A DNA stretch of 64,000 nt from Naegleria gruberi (lineage: Eukaryota), in assembly GCA_000004985.1 (NCBI GenBank), contig GG738887.1; one strand, 5' to 3'. Positions 24,001-36,000 of this stretch are shown piece by piece (within the stretch, counting starts at the first letter, position 1; each line of letters begins with the position of its first letter). Below the pieces are notes generated by a model, which saw only the letters and a list, made by a program, of their open reading frames with translations, was not told where the DNA came from and did no database searches. A program made the position numbers and the translations under genes.

Positions 24001-27000
24001 NNNNNNNNNNNNNNNNNNNNNNNNNNNNNNNNNNNNNNNNNNNNNNNNNNNNNNNNNNNNNNNNNNNNNNNNNNNNNNNNNNNNNNNNNNNNNNNNNNNN
24101 NNNNNNNNNNNNNNNNNNNNNNNNNNNNNNNNNNNNNNNNNNNNNNNNNNNNNNNNNNNNNNNNNNNNNNNNNNNNNNNNNNNNNNNNNNNNNNNNNNNN
24201 NNNNNNNNNNNNNNNNNNNNNNNNNNNNNNNNNNNNNNNNNNNNNNNNNNNNNNNNNNNNNNNNNNNNNNNNNNNNNNNNNNNNNNNNNNNNNNNNNNNN
24301 NNNNNNNNNNNNNNNNNNNNNNNNNNNNNNNNNNNNNNNNNNNNNNNNNNNNNNNNNNNNNNNNNNNNNNNNNNNNNNNNNNNNNNNNNNNNNNNNNNNN
24401 NNNNNNNNNNNNNNNNNNNNNNNNNNNNNNNNNNNNNNNNNNNNNNNNNNNNNNNNNNNNNNNNNNNNNNNNNNNNNNNNNNNNNNNNNNNNNNNNNNNN
24501 NNNNNNNNNNNNNNNNNNNNNNNNNNNNNNNNNNNNNNNNNNNNNNNNNNNNNNNNNNNNNNNNNNNNNNNNNNNNNNNNNNNNNNNNNNNNNNNNNNNN
24601 NNNNNNNNNNNNNNNNNNNNNNNNNNNNNNNNNNNNNNNNNNNNNNNNNNNNNNNNNNNNNNNNNNNNNNNNNNNNNNNNNNNNNNNNNNNNNNNNNNNN
24701 NNNNNNNNNNNNNNNNNNNNNNNNNNNNNNNNNNNNNNNNNNNNNNNNNNNNNNNNNNNNNNNNNNNNNNNNNNNNNNNNNNNNNNNNNNNNNNNNNNNN
24801 NNNNNNNNNNNNNNNNNNNNNNNNNNNNNNNNNNNNNNNNNNNNNNNNNNNNNNNNNNNNNNNNNNNNNNNNNNNNNNNNNNNNNNNNNNNNNNNNNNNN
24901 NNNNNNNNNNNNNNNNNNNNNNNNNNNNNNNNNNNNNNNNNNNNNNNNNNNNNNNNNNNNNNNNNNNNNNNNNNNNNNNNNNNNNNNNNNNNNNNNNNNN
25001 NNNNNNNNNNNNNNNNNNNNNNNNNNNNNNNNNNNNNNNNNNNNNNNNNNNNNNNNNNNNNNNNNNNNNNNNNNNNNNNNNNNNNNNNNNNNNNNNNNNN
25101 NNNNNNNNNNNNNNNNNNNNNNNNNNNNNNNNNNNNNNNNNNNNNNNNNNNNNNNNNNNNNNNNNNNNNNNNNNNNNNNNNNNNNNNNNNNNNNNNNNNN
25201 NNNNNNNNNNNNNNNNNNNNNNNNNNNNNNNNNNNNNNNNNNNNNNNNNNNNNNNNNNNNNNNNNNNNNNNNNNNNNNNNNNNNNNNNNNNNNNNNNNNN
25301 NNNNNNNNNNNNNNNNNNNNNNNNNNNNNNNNNNNNNNNNNNNNNNNNNNNNNNNNNNNNNNNNNNNNNNNNNNNNNNNNNNNNNNNNNNNNNNNNNNNN
25401 NNNNNNNNNNNNNNNNNNNNNNNNNNNNNNNNNNNNNNNNNNNNNNNNNNNNNNNNNNNNNNNNNNNNNNNNNNNNNNNNNNNNNNNNNNNNNNNNNNNN
25501 NNNNNNNNNNNNNNNNNNNNNNNNNNNNNNNNNNNNNNNNNNNNNNNNNNNNNNNNNNNNNNNNNNNNNNNNNNNNNNNNNNNNNNNNNNNNNNNNNNNN
25601 NNNNNNNNNNNNNNNNNNNNNNNNNNNNNNNNNNNNNNNNNNNNNNNNNNNNNNNNNNNNNNNNNNNNNNNNNNNNNNNNNNNNNNNNNNNNNNNNNNNN
25701 NNNNNNNNNNNNNNNNNNNNNNNNNNNNNNNNNNNNNNNNNNNNNNNNNNNNNNNNNNNNNNNNNNNNNNNNNNNNNNNNNNNNNNNNNNNNNNNNNNNN
25801 NNNNNNNNNNNNNNNNNNNNNNNNNNNNNNNNNNNNNNNNNNNNNNNNNNNNNNNNNNNNNNNNNNNNNNNNNNNNNNNNNNNNNNNNNNNNNNNNNNNN
25901 NNNNNNNNNNNNNNNNNNNNNNNNNNNNNNNNNNNNNNNNNNNNNNNNNNNNNNNNNNNNNNNNNNNNNNNNNNNNNNNNNNNNNNNNNNNNNNNNNNNN
26001 NNNNNNNNNNNNNNNNNNNNNNNNNNNNNNNNNNNNNNNNNNNNNNNNNNNNNNNNNNNNNNNNNNNNNNNNNNNNNNNNNNNNNNNNNNNNNNNNNNNN
26101 NNNNNNNNNNNNNNNNNNNNNNNNNNNNNNNNNNNNNNNNNNNNNNNNNNNNNNNNNNNNNNNNNNNNNNNNNNNNNNNNNNNNNNNNNNNNNNNNNNNN
26201 NNNNNNNNNNNNNNNNNNNNNNNNNNNNNNNNNNNNNNNNNNNNNNNNNNNNNNNNNNNNNNNNNNNNNNNNNNNNNNNNNNNNNNNNNNNNNNNNNNNN
26301 NNNNNNNNNNNNNNNNNNNNNNNNNNNNNNNNNNNNNNNNNNNNNNNNNNNNNNNNNNNNNNNNNNNNNNNNNNNNNNNNNNNNNNNNNNNNNNNNNNNN
26401 NNNNNNNNNNNNNNNNNNNNNNNNNNNNNNNNNNNNNNNNNNNNNNNNNNNNNNNNNNNNNNNNNNNNNNNNNNNNNNNNNNNNNNNNNNNNNNNNNNNN
26501 NNNNNNNNNNNNNNNNNNNNNNNNNNNNNNNNNNNNNNNNNNNNNNNNNNNNNNNNNNNNNNNNNNNNNNNNNNNNNNNNNNNNNNNNNNNNNNNNNNNN
26601 NNNNNNNNNNNNNNNNNNNNNNNNNNNNNNNNNNNNNNNNNNNNNNNNNNNNNNNNNNNNNNNNNNNNNNNNNNNNNNNNNNNNNNNNNNNNNNNNNNNN
26701 NNNNNNNNNNNNNNNNNNNNNNNNNNNNNNNNNNNNNNNNNNNNNNNNNNNNNNNNNNNNNNNNNNNNNNNNNNNNNNNNNNNNNNNNNNNNNNNNNNNN
26801 NNNNNNNNNNNNNNNNNNNNNNNNNNNNNNNNNNNNNNNNNNNNNNNNNNNNNNNNNNNNNNNNNNNNNNNNNNNNNNNNNNNNNNNNNNNNNNNNNNNN
26901 NNNNNNNNNNNNNNNNNNNNNNNNNNNNNNNNNNNNNNNNNNNNNNNNNNNNNNNNNNNNNNNNNNNNNNNNNNNNNNNNNNNNNNNNNNNNNNNNNNNN

Positions 27001-30000
27001 NNNNNNNNNNNNNNNNNNNNNNNNNNNNNNNNNNNNNNNNNNNNNNNNNNNNNNNNNNNNNNNNNNNNNNNNNNNNNNNNNNNNNNNNNNNNNNNNNNNN
27101 NNNNNNNNNNNNNNNNNNNNNNNNNNNNNNNNNNNNNNNNNNNNNNNNNNNNNNNNNNNNNNNNNNNNNNNNNNNNNNNNNNNNNNNNNNNNNNNNNNNN
27201 NNNNNNNNNNNNNNNNNNNNNNNNNNNNNNNNNNNNNNNNNNNNNNNNNNNNNNNNNNNNNNNNNNNNNNNNNNNNNNNNNNNNNNNNNNNNNNNNNNNN
27301 NNNNNNNNNNNNNNNNNNNNNNNNNNNNNNNNNNNNNNNNNNNNNNNNNNNNNNNNNNNNNNNNNNNNNNNNNNNNNNNNNNNNNNNNNNNNNNNNNNNN
27401 NNNNNNNNNNNNNNNNNNNNNNNNNNNNNNNNNNNNNNNNNNNNNNNNNNNNNNNNNNNNNNNNNNNNNNNNNNNNNNNNNNNNNNNNNNNNNNNNNNNN
27501 NNNNNNNNNNNNNNNNNNNNNNNNNNNNNNNNNNNNNNNNNNNNNNNNNNNNNNNNNNNNNNNNNNNNNNNNNNNNNNNNNNNNNNNNNNNNNNNNNNNN
27601 NNNNNNNNNNNNNNNNNNNNNNNNNNNNNNNNNNNNNNNNNNNNNNNNNNNNNNNNNNNNNNNNNNNNNNNNNNNNNNNNNNNNNNNNNNNNNNNNNNNN
27701 NNNNNNNNNNNNNNNNNNNNNNNNNNNNNNNNNNNNNNNNNNNNNNNNNNNNNNNNNNNNNNNNNNNNNNNNNNNNNNNNNNNNNNNNNNNNNNNNNNNN
27801 NNNNNNNNNNNNNNNNNNNNNNNNNNNNNNNNNNNNNNNNNNNNNNNNNNNNNNNNNNNNNNNNNNNNNNNNNNNNNNNNNNNNNNNNNNNNNNNNNNNN
27901 NNNNNNNNNNNNNNNNNNNNNNNNNNNNNNNNNNNNNNNNNNNNNNNNNNNNNNNNNNNNNNNNNNNNNNNNNNNNNNNNNNNNNNNNNNNNNNNNNNNN
28001 NNNNNNNNNNNNNNNNNNNNNNNNNNNNNNNNNNNNNNNNNNNNNNNNNNNNNNNNNNNNNNNNNNNNNNNNNNNNNNNNNNNNNNNNNNNNNNNNNNNN
28101 NNNNNNNNNNNNNNNNNNNNNNNNNNNNNNNNNNNNNNNNNNNNNNNNNNNNNNNNNNNNNNNNNNNNNNNNNNNNNNNNNNNNNNNNNNNNNNNNNNNN
28201 NNNNNNNNNNNNNNNNNNNNNNNNNNNNNNNNNNNNNNNNNNNNNNNNNNNNNNNNNNNNNNNNNNNNNNNNNNNNNNNNNNNNNNNNNNNNNNNNNNNN
28301 NNNNNNNNNNNNNNNNNNNNNNNNNNNNNNNNNNNNNNNNNNNNNNNNNNNNNNNNNNNNNNNNNNNNNNNNNNNNNNNNNNNNNNNNNNNNNNNNNNNN
28401 NNNNNNNNNNNNNNNNNNNNNNNNNNNNNNNNNNNNNNNNNNNNNNNNNNNNNNNNNNNNNNNNNNNNNNNNNNNNNNNNNNNNNNNNNNNNNNNNNNNN
28501 NNNNNNNNNNNNNNNNNNNNNNNNNNNNNNNNNNNNNNNNNNNNNNNNNNNNNNNNNNNNNNNNNNNNNNNNNNNNNNNNNNNNNNNNNNNNNNNNNNNN
28601 NNNNNNNNNNNNNNNNNNNNNNNNNNNNNNNNNNNNNNNNNNNNNNNNNNNNNNNNNNNNNNNNNNNNNNNNNNNNNNNNNNNNNNNNNNNNNNNNNNNN
28701 NNNNNNNNNNNNNNNNNNNNNNNNNNNNNNNNNNNNNNNNNNNNNNNNNNNNNNNNNNNNNNNNNNNNNNNNNNNNNNNNNNNNNNNNNNNNNNNNNNNN
28801 NNNNNNNNNNNNNNNNNNNNNNNNNNNNNNNNNNNNNNNNNNNNNNNNNNNNNNNNNNNNNNNNNNNNNNNNNNNNNNNNNNNNNNNNNNNNNNNNNNNN
28901 NNNNNNNNNNNNNNNNNNNNNNNNNNNNNNNNNNNNNNNNNNNNNNNNNNNNNNNNNNNNNNNNNNNNNNNNNNNNNNNNNNNNNNNNNNNNNNNNNNNN
29001 NNNNNNNNNNNNNNNNNNNNNNNNNNNNNNNNNNNNNNNNNNNNNNNNNNNNNNNNNNNNNNNNNNNNNNNNNNNNNNNNNNNNNNNNNNNNNNNNNNNN
29101 NNNNNNNNNNNNNNNNNNNNNNNNNNNNNNNNNNNNNNNNNNNNNNNNNNNNNNNNNNNNNNNNNNNNNNNNNNNNNNNNNNNNNNNNNNNNNNNNNNNN
29201 NNNNNNNNNNNNNNNNNNNNNNNNNNNNNNNNNNNNNNNNNNNNNNNNNNNNNNNNNNNNNNNNNNNNNNNNNNNNNNNNNNNNNNNNNNNNNNNNNNNN
29301 NNNNNNNNNNNNNNNNNNNNNNNNNNNNNNNNNNNNNNNNNNNNNNNNNNNNNNNNNNNNNNNNNNNNNNNNNNNNNNNNNNNNNNNNNNNNNNNNNNNN
29401 NNNNNNNNNNNNNNNNNNNNNNNNNNNNNNNNNNNNNNNNNNNNNNNNNNNNNNNNNNNNNNNNNNNNNNNNNNNNNNNNNNNNNNNNNNNNNNNNNNNN
29501 NNNNNNNNNNNNNNNNNNNNNNNNNNNNNNNNNNNNNNNNNNNNNNNNNNNNNNNNNNNNNNNNNNNNNNNNNNNNNNNNNNNNNNNNNNNNNNNNNNNN
29601 NNNNNNNNNNNNNNNNNNNNNNNNNNNNNNNNNNNNNNNNNNNNNNNNNNNNNNNNNNNNNNNNNNNNNNNNNNNNNNNNNNNNNNNNNNNNNNNNNNNN
29701 NNNNNNNNNNNNNNNNNNNNNNNNNNNNNNNNNNNNNNNNNNNNNNNNNNNNNNNNNNNNNNNNNNNNNNNNNNNNNNNNNNNNNNNNNNNNNNNNNNNN
29801 NNNNNNNNNNNNNNNNNNNNNNNNNNNNNNNNNNNNNNNNNNNNNNNNNNNNNNNNNNNNNNNNNNNNNNNNNNNNNNNNNNNNNNNNNNNNNNNNNNNN
29901 NNNNNNNNNNNNNNNNNNNNNNNNNNNNNNNNNNNNNNNNNNNNNNNNNNNNNNNNNNNNNNNNNNNNNNNNNNNNNNNNNNNNNNNNNNNNNNNNNNNN

Positions 30001-33000
30001 NNNNNNNNNNNNNNNNNNNNNNNNNNNNNNNNNNNNNNNNNNNNNNNNNNNNNNNNNNNNNNNNNNNNNNNNNNNNNNNNNNNNNNNNNNNNNNNNNNNN
30101 NNNNNNNNNNNNNNNNNNNNNNNNNNNNNNNNNNNNNNNNNNNNNNNNNNNNNNNNNNNNNNNNNNNNNNNNNNNNNNNNNNNNNNNNNNNNNNNNNNNN
30201 NNNNNNNNNNNNNNNNNNNNNNNNNNNNNNNNNNNNNNNNNNNNNNNNNNNNNNNNNNNNNNNNNNNNNNNNNNNNNNNNNNNNNNNNNNNNNNNNNNNN
30301 NNNNNNNNNNNNNNNNNNNNNNNNNNNNNNNNNNNNNNNNNNNNNNNNNNNNNNNNNNNNNNNNNNNNNNNNNNNNNNNNNNNNNNNNNNNNNNNNNNNN
30401 NNNNNNNNNNNNNNNNNNNNNNNNNNNNNNNNNNNNNNNNNNNNNNNNNNNNNNNNNNNNNNNNNNNNNNNNNNNNNNNNNNNNNNNNNNNNNNNNNNNN
30501 NNNNNNNNNNNNNNNNNNNNNNNNNNNNNNNNNNNNNNNNNNNNNNNNNNNNNNNNNNNNNNNNNNNNNNNNNNNNNNNNNNNNNNNNNNNNNNNNNNNN
30601 NNNNNNNNNNNNNNNNNNNNNNNNNNNNNNNNNNNNNNNNNNNNNNNNNNNNNNNNNNNNNNNNNNNNNNNNNNNNNNNNNNNNNNNNNNNNNNNNNNNN
30701 NNNNNNNNNNNNNNNNNNNNNNNNNNNNNNNNNNNNNNNNNNNNNNNNNNNNNNNNNNNNNNNNNNNNNNNNNNNNNNNNNNNNNNNNNNNNNNNNNNNN
30801 NNNNNNNNNNNNNNNNNNNNNNNNNNNNNNNNNNNNNNNNNNNNNNNNNNNNNNNNNNNNNNNNNNNNNNNNNNNNNNNNNNNNNNNNNNNNNNNNNNNN
30901 NNNNNNNNNNNNNNNNNNNNNNNNNNNNNNNNNNNNNNNNNNNNNNNNNNNNNNNNNNNNNNNNNNNNNNNNNNNNNNNNNNNNNNNNNNNNNNNNNNNN
31001 NNNNNNNNNNNNNNNNNNNNNNNNNNNNNNNNNNNNNNNNNNNNNNNNNNNNNNNNNNNNNNNNNNNNNNNNNNNNNNNNNNNNNNNNNNNNNNNNNNNN
31101 NNNNNNNNNNNNNNNNNNNNNNNNNNNNNNNNNNNNNNNNNNNNNNNNNNNNNNNNNNNNNNNNNNNNNNNNNNNNNNNNNNNNNNNNNNNNNNNNNNNN
31201 NNNNNNNNNNNNNNNNNNNNNNNNNNNNNNNNNNNNNNNNNNNNNNNNNNNNNNNNNNNNNNNNNNNNNNNNNNNNNNNNNNNNNNNNNNNNNNNNNNNN
31301 NNNNNNNNNNNNNNNNNNNNNNNNNNNNNNNNNNNNNNNNNNNNNNNNNNNNNNNNNNNNNNNNNNNNNNNNNNNNNNNNNNNNNNNNNNNNNNNNNNNN
31401 NNNNNNNNNNNNNNNNNNNNNNNNNNNNNNNNNNNNNNNNNNNNNNNNNNNNNNNNNNNNNNNNNNNNNNNNNNNNNNNNNNNNNNNNNNNNNNNNNNNN
31501 NNNNNNNNNNNNNNNNNNNNNNNNNNNNNNNNNNNNNNNNNNNNNNNNNNNNNNNNNNNNNNNNNNNNNNNNNNNNNNNNNNNNNNNNNNNNNNNNNNNN
31601 NNNNNNNNNNNNNNNNNNNNNNNNNNNNNNNNNNNNNNNNNNNNNNNNNNNNNNNNNNNNNNNNNNNNNNNNNNNNNNNNNNNNNNNNNNNNNNNNNNNN
31701 NNNNNNNNNNNNNNNNNNNNNNNNNNNNNNNNNNNNNNNNNNNNNNNNNNNNNNNNNNNNNNNNNNNNNNNNNNNNNNNNNNNNNNNNNNNNNNNNNNNN
31801 NNNNNNNNNNNNNNNNNNNNNNNNNNNNNNNNNNNNNNNNNNNNNNNNNNNNNNNNNNNNNNNNNNNNNNNNNNNNNNNNNNNNNNNNNNNNNNNNNNNN
31901 NNNNNNNNNNNNNNNNNNNNNNNNNNNNNNNNNNNNNNNNNNNNNNNNNNNNNNNNNNNNNNNNNNNNNNNNNNNNNNNNNNNNNNNNNNNNNNNNNNNN
32001 NNNNNNNNNNNNNNNNNNNNNNNNNNNNNNNNNNNNNNNNNNNNNNNNNNNNNNNNNNNNNNNNNNNNNNNNNNNNNNNNNNNNNNNNNNNNNNNNNNNN
32101 NNNNNNNNNNNNNNNNNNNNNNNNNNNNNNNNNNNNNNNNNNNNNNNNNNNNNNNNNNNNNNNNNNNNNNNNNNNNNNNNNNNNNNNNNNNNNNNNNNNN
32201 NNNNNNNNNNNNNNNNNNNNNNNNNNNNNNNNNNNNNNNNNNNNNNNNNNNNNNNNNNNNNNNNNNNNNNNNNNNNNNNNNNNNNNNNNNNNNNNNNNNN
32301 NNNNNNNNNNNNNNNNNNNNNNNNNNNNNNNNNNNNNNNNNNNNNNNNNNNNNNNNNNNNNNNNNNNNNNNNNNNNNNNNNNNNNNNNNNNNNNNNNNNN
32401 NNNNNNNNNNNNNNNNNNNNNNNNNNNNNNNNNNNNNNNNNNNNNNNNNNNNNNNNNNNNNNNNNNNNNNNNNNNNNNNNNNNNNNNNNNNNNNNNNNNN
32501 NNNNNNNNNNNNNNNNNNNNNNNNNNNNNNNNNNNNNNNNNNNNNNNNNNNNNNNNNNNNNNNNNNNNNNNNNNNNNNNNNNNNNNNNNNNNNNNNNNNN
32601 NNNNNNNNNNNNNNNNNNNNNNNNNNNNNNNNNNNNNNNNNNNNNNNNNNNNNNNNNNNNNNNNNNNNNNNNNNNNNNNNNNNNNNNNNNNNNNNNNNNN
32701 NNNNNNNNNNNNNNNNNNNNNNNNNNNNNNNNNNNNNNNNNNNNNNNNNNNNNNNNNNNNNNNNNNNNNNNNNNNNNNNNNNNNNNNNNNNNNNNNNNNN
32801 NNNNNNNNNNNNNNNNNNNNNNNNNNNNNNNNNNNNNNNNNNNNNNNNNNNNNNNNNNNNNNNNNNNNNNNNNNNNNNNNNNNNNNNNNNNNNNNNNNNN
32901 NNNNNNNNNNNNNNNNNNNNNNNNNNNNNNNNNNNNNNNNNNNNNNNNNNNNNNNNNNNNNNNNNNNNNNNNNNNNNNNNNNNNNNNNNNNNNNNNNNNN

Positions 33001-36000
33001 NNNNNNNNNNNNNNNNNNNNNNNNNNNNNNNNNNNNNNNNNNNNNNNNNNNNNNNNNNNNNNNNNNNNNNNNNNNNNNNNNNNNNNNNNNNNNNNNNNNN
33101 NNNNNNNNNNNNNNNNNNNNNNNNNNNNNNNNNNNNNNNNNNNNNNNNNNNNNNNNNNNNNNNNNNNNNNNNNNNNNNNNNNNNNNNNNNNNNNNNNNNN
33201 NNNNNNNNNNNNNNNNNNNNNNNNNNNNNNNNNNNNNNNNNNNNNNNNNNNNNNNNNNNNNNNNNNNNNNNNNNNNNNNNNNNNNNNNNNNNNNNNNNNN
33301 NNNNNNNNNNNNNNNNNNNNNNNNNNNNNNNNNNNNNNNNNNNNNNNNNNNNNNNNNNNNNNNNNNNNNNNNNNNNNNNNNNNNNNNNNNNNNNNNNNNN
33401 NNNNNNNNNNNNNNNNNNNNNNNNNNNNNNNNNNNNNNNNNNNNNNNNNNNNNNNNNNNNNNNNNNNNNNNNNNNNNNNNNNNNNNNNNNNNNNNNNNNN
33501 NNNNNNNNNNNNNNNNNNNNNNNNNNNNNNNNNNNNNNNNNNNNNNNNNNNNNNNNNNNNNNNNNNNNNNNNNNNNNNNNNNNNNNNNNNNNNNNNNNNN
33601 NNNNNNNNNNNNNNNNNNNNNNNNNNNNNNNNNNNNNNNNNNNNNNNNNNNNNNNNNNNNNNNNNNNNNNNNNNNNNNNNNNNNNNNNNNNNNNNNNNNN
33701 NNNNNNNNNNNNNNNNNNNNNNNNNNNNNNNNNNNNNNNNNNNNNNNNNNNNNNNNNNNNNNNNNNNNNNNNNNNNNNNNNNNNNNNNNNNNNNNNNNNN
33801 NNNNNNNNNNNNNNNNNNNNNNNNNNNNNNNNNNNNNNNNNNNNNNNNNNNNNNNNNNNNNNNNNNNNNNNNNNNNNNNNNNNNNNNNNNNNNNNNNNNN
33901 NNNNNNNNNNNNNNNNNNNNNNNNNNNNNNNNNNNNNNNNNNNNNNNNNNNNNNNNNNNNNNNNNNNNNNNNNNNNNNNNNNNNNNNNNNNNNNNNNNNN
34001 NNNNNNNNNNNNNNNNNNNNNNNNNNNNNNNNNNNNNNNNNNNNNNNNNNNNNNNNNNNNNNNNNNNNNNNNNNNNNNNNNNNNNNNNNNNNNNNNNNNN
34101 NNNNNNNNNNNNNNNNNNNNNNNNNNNNNNNNNNNNNNNNNNNNNNNNNNNNNNNNNNNNNNNNNNNNNNNNNNNNNNNNNNNNNNNNNNNNNNNNNNNN
34201 NNNNNNNNNNNNNNNNNNNNNNNNNNNNNNNNNNNNNNNNNNNNNNNNNNNNNNNNNNNNNNNNNNNNNNNNNNNNNNNNNNNNNNNNNNNNNNNNNNNN
34301 NNNNNNNNNNNNNNNNNNNNNNNNNNNNNNNNNNNNNNNNNNNNNNNNNNNNNNNNNNNNNNNNNNNNNNNNNNNNNNNNNNNNNNNNNNNNNNNNNNNN
34401 NNNNNNNNNNNNNNNNNNNNNNNNNNNNNNNNNNNNNNNNNNNNNNNNNNNNNNNNNNNNNNNNNNNNNNNNNNNNNNNNNNNNNNNNNNNNNNNNNNNN
34501 NNNNNNNNNNNNNNNNNNNNNNNNNNNNNNNNNNNNNNNNNNNNNNNNNNNNNNNNNNNNNNNNNNNNNNNNNNNNNNNNNNNNNNNNNNNNNNNNNNNN
34601 NNNNNNNNNNNNNNNNNNNNNNNNNNNNNNNNNNNNNNNNNNNNNNNNNNNNNNNNNNNNNNNNNNNNNNNNNNNNNNNNNNNNNNNNNNNNNNNNNNNN
34701 NNNNNNNNNNNNNNNNNNNNNNNNNNNNNNNNNNNNNNNNNNNNNNNNNNNNNNNNNNNNNNNNNNNNNNNNNNNNNNNNNNNNNNNNNNNNNNNNNNNN
34801 NNNNNNNNNNNNNNNNNNNNNNNNNNNNNNNNNNNNNNNNNNNNNNNNNNNNNNNNNNNNNNNNNNNNNNNNNNNNNNNNNNNNNNNNNNNNNNNNNNNN
34901 NNNNNNNNNNNNNNNNNNNNNNNNNNNNNNNNNNNNNNNNNNNNNNNNNNNNNNNNNNNNNNNNNNNNNNNNNNNNNNNNNNNNNNNNNNNNNNNNNNNN
35001 NNNNNNNNNNNNNNNNNNNNNNNNNNNNNNNNNNNNNNNNNNNNNNNNNNNNNNNNNNNNNNNNNNNNNNNNNNNNNNNNNNNNNNNNNNNNNNNNNNNN
35101 NNNNNNNNNNNNNNNNNNNNNNNNNNNNNNNNNNNNNNNNNNNNNNNNNNNNNNNNNNNNNNNNNNNNNNNNNNNNNNNNNNNNNNNNNNNNNNNNNNNN
35201 NNNNNNNNNNNNNNNNNNNNNNNNNNNNNNNNNNNNNNNNNNNNNNNNNNNNNNNNNNNNNNNNNNNNNNNNNNNNNNNNNNNNNNNNNNNNNNNNNNNN
35301 NNNNNNNNNNNNNNNNNNNNNNNNNNNNNNNNNNNNNNNNNNNNNNNNNNNNNNNNNNNNNNNNNNNNNNNNNNNNNNNNNNNNNNNNNNNNNNNNNNNN
35401 NNNNNNNNNNNNNNNNNNNNNNNNNNNNNNNNNNNNNNNNNNNNNNNNNNNNNNNNNNNNNNNNNNNNNNNNNNNNNNNNNNNNNNNNNNNNNNNNNNNN
35501 NNNNNNNNNNNNNNNNNNNNNNNNNNNNNNNNNNNNNNNNNNNNNNNNNNNNNNNNNNNNNNNNNNNNNNNNNNNNNNNNNNNNNNNNNNNNNNNNNNNN
35601 NNNNNNNNNNNNNNNNNNNNNNNNNNNNNNNNNNNNNNNNNNNNNNNNNNNNNNNNNNNNNNNNNNNNNNNNNNNNNNNNNNNNNNNNNNNNNNNNNNNN
35701 NNNNNNNNNNNNNNNNNNNNNNNNNNNNNNNNNNNNNNNNNNNNNNNNNNNNNNNNNNNNNNNNNNNNNNNNNNNNNNNNNNNNNNNNNNNNNNNNNNNN
35801 NNNNNNNNNNNNNNNNNNNNNNNNNNNNNNNNNNNNNNNNNNNNNNNNNNNNNNNNNNNNNNNNNNNNNNNNNNNNNNNNNNNNNNNNNNNNNNNNNNNN
35901 NNNNNNNNNNNNNNNNNNNNNNNNNNNNNNNNNNNNNNNNNNNNNNNNNNNNNNNNNNNNNNNNNNNNNNNNNNNNNNNNNNNNNNNNNNNNNNNNNNNN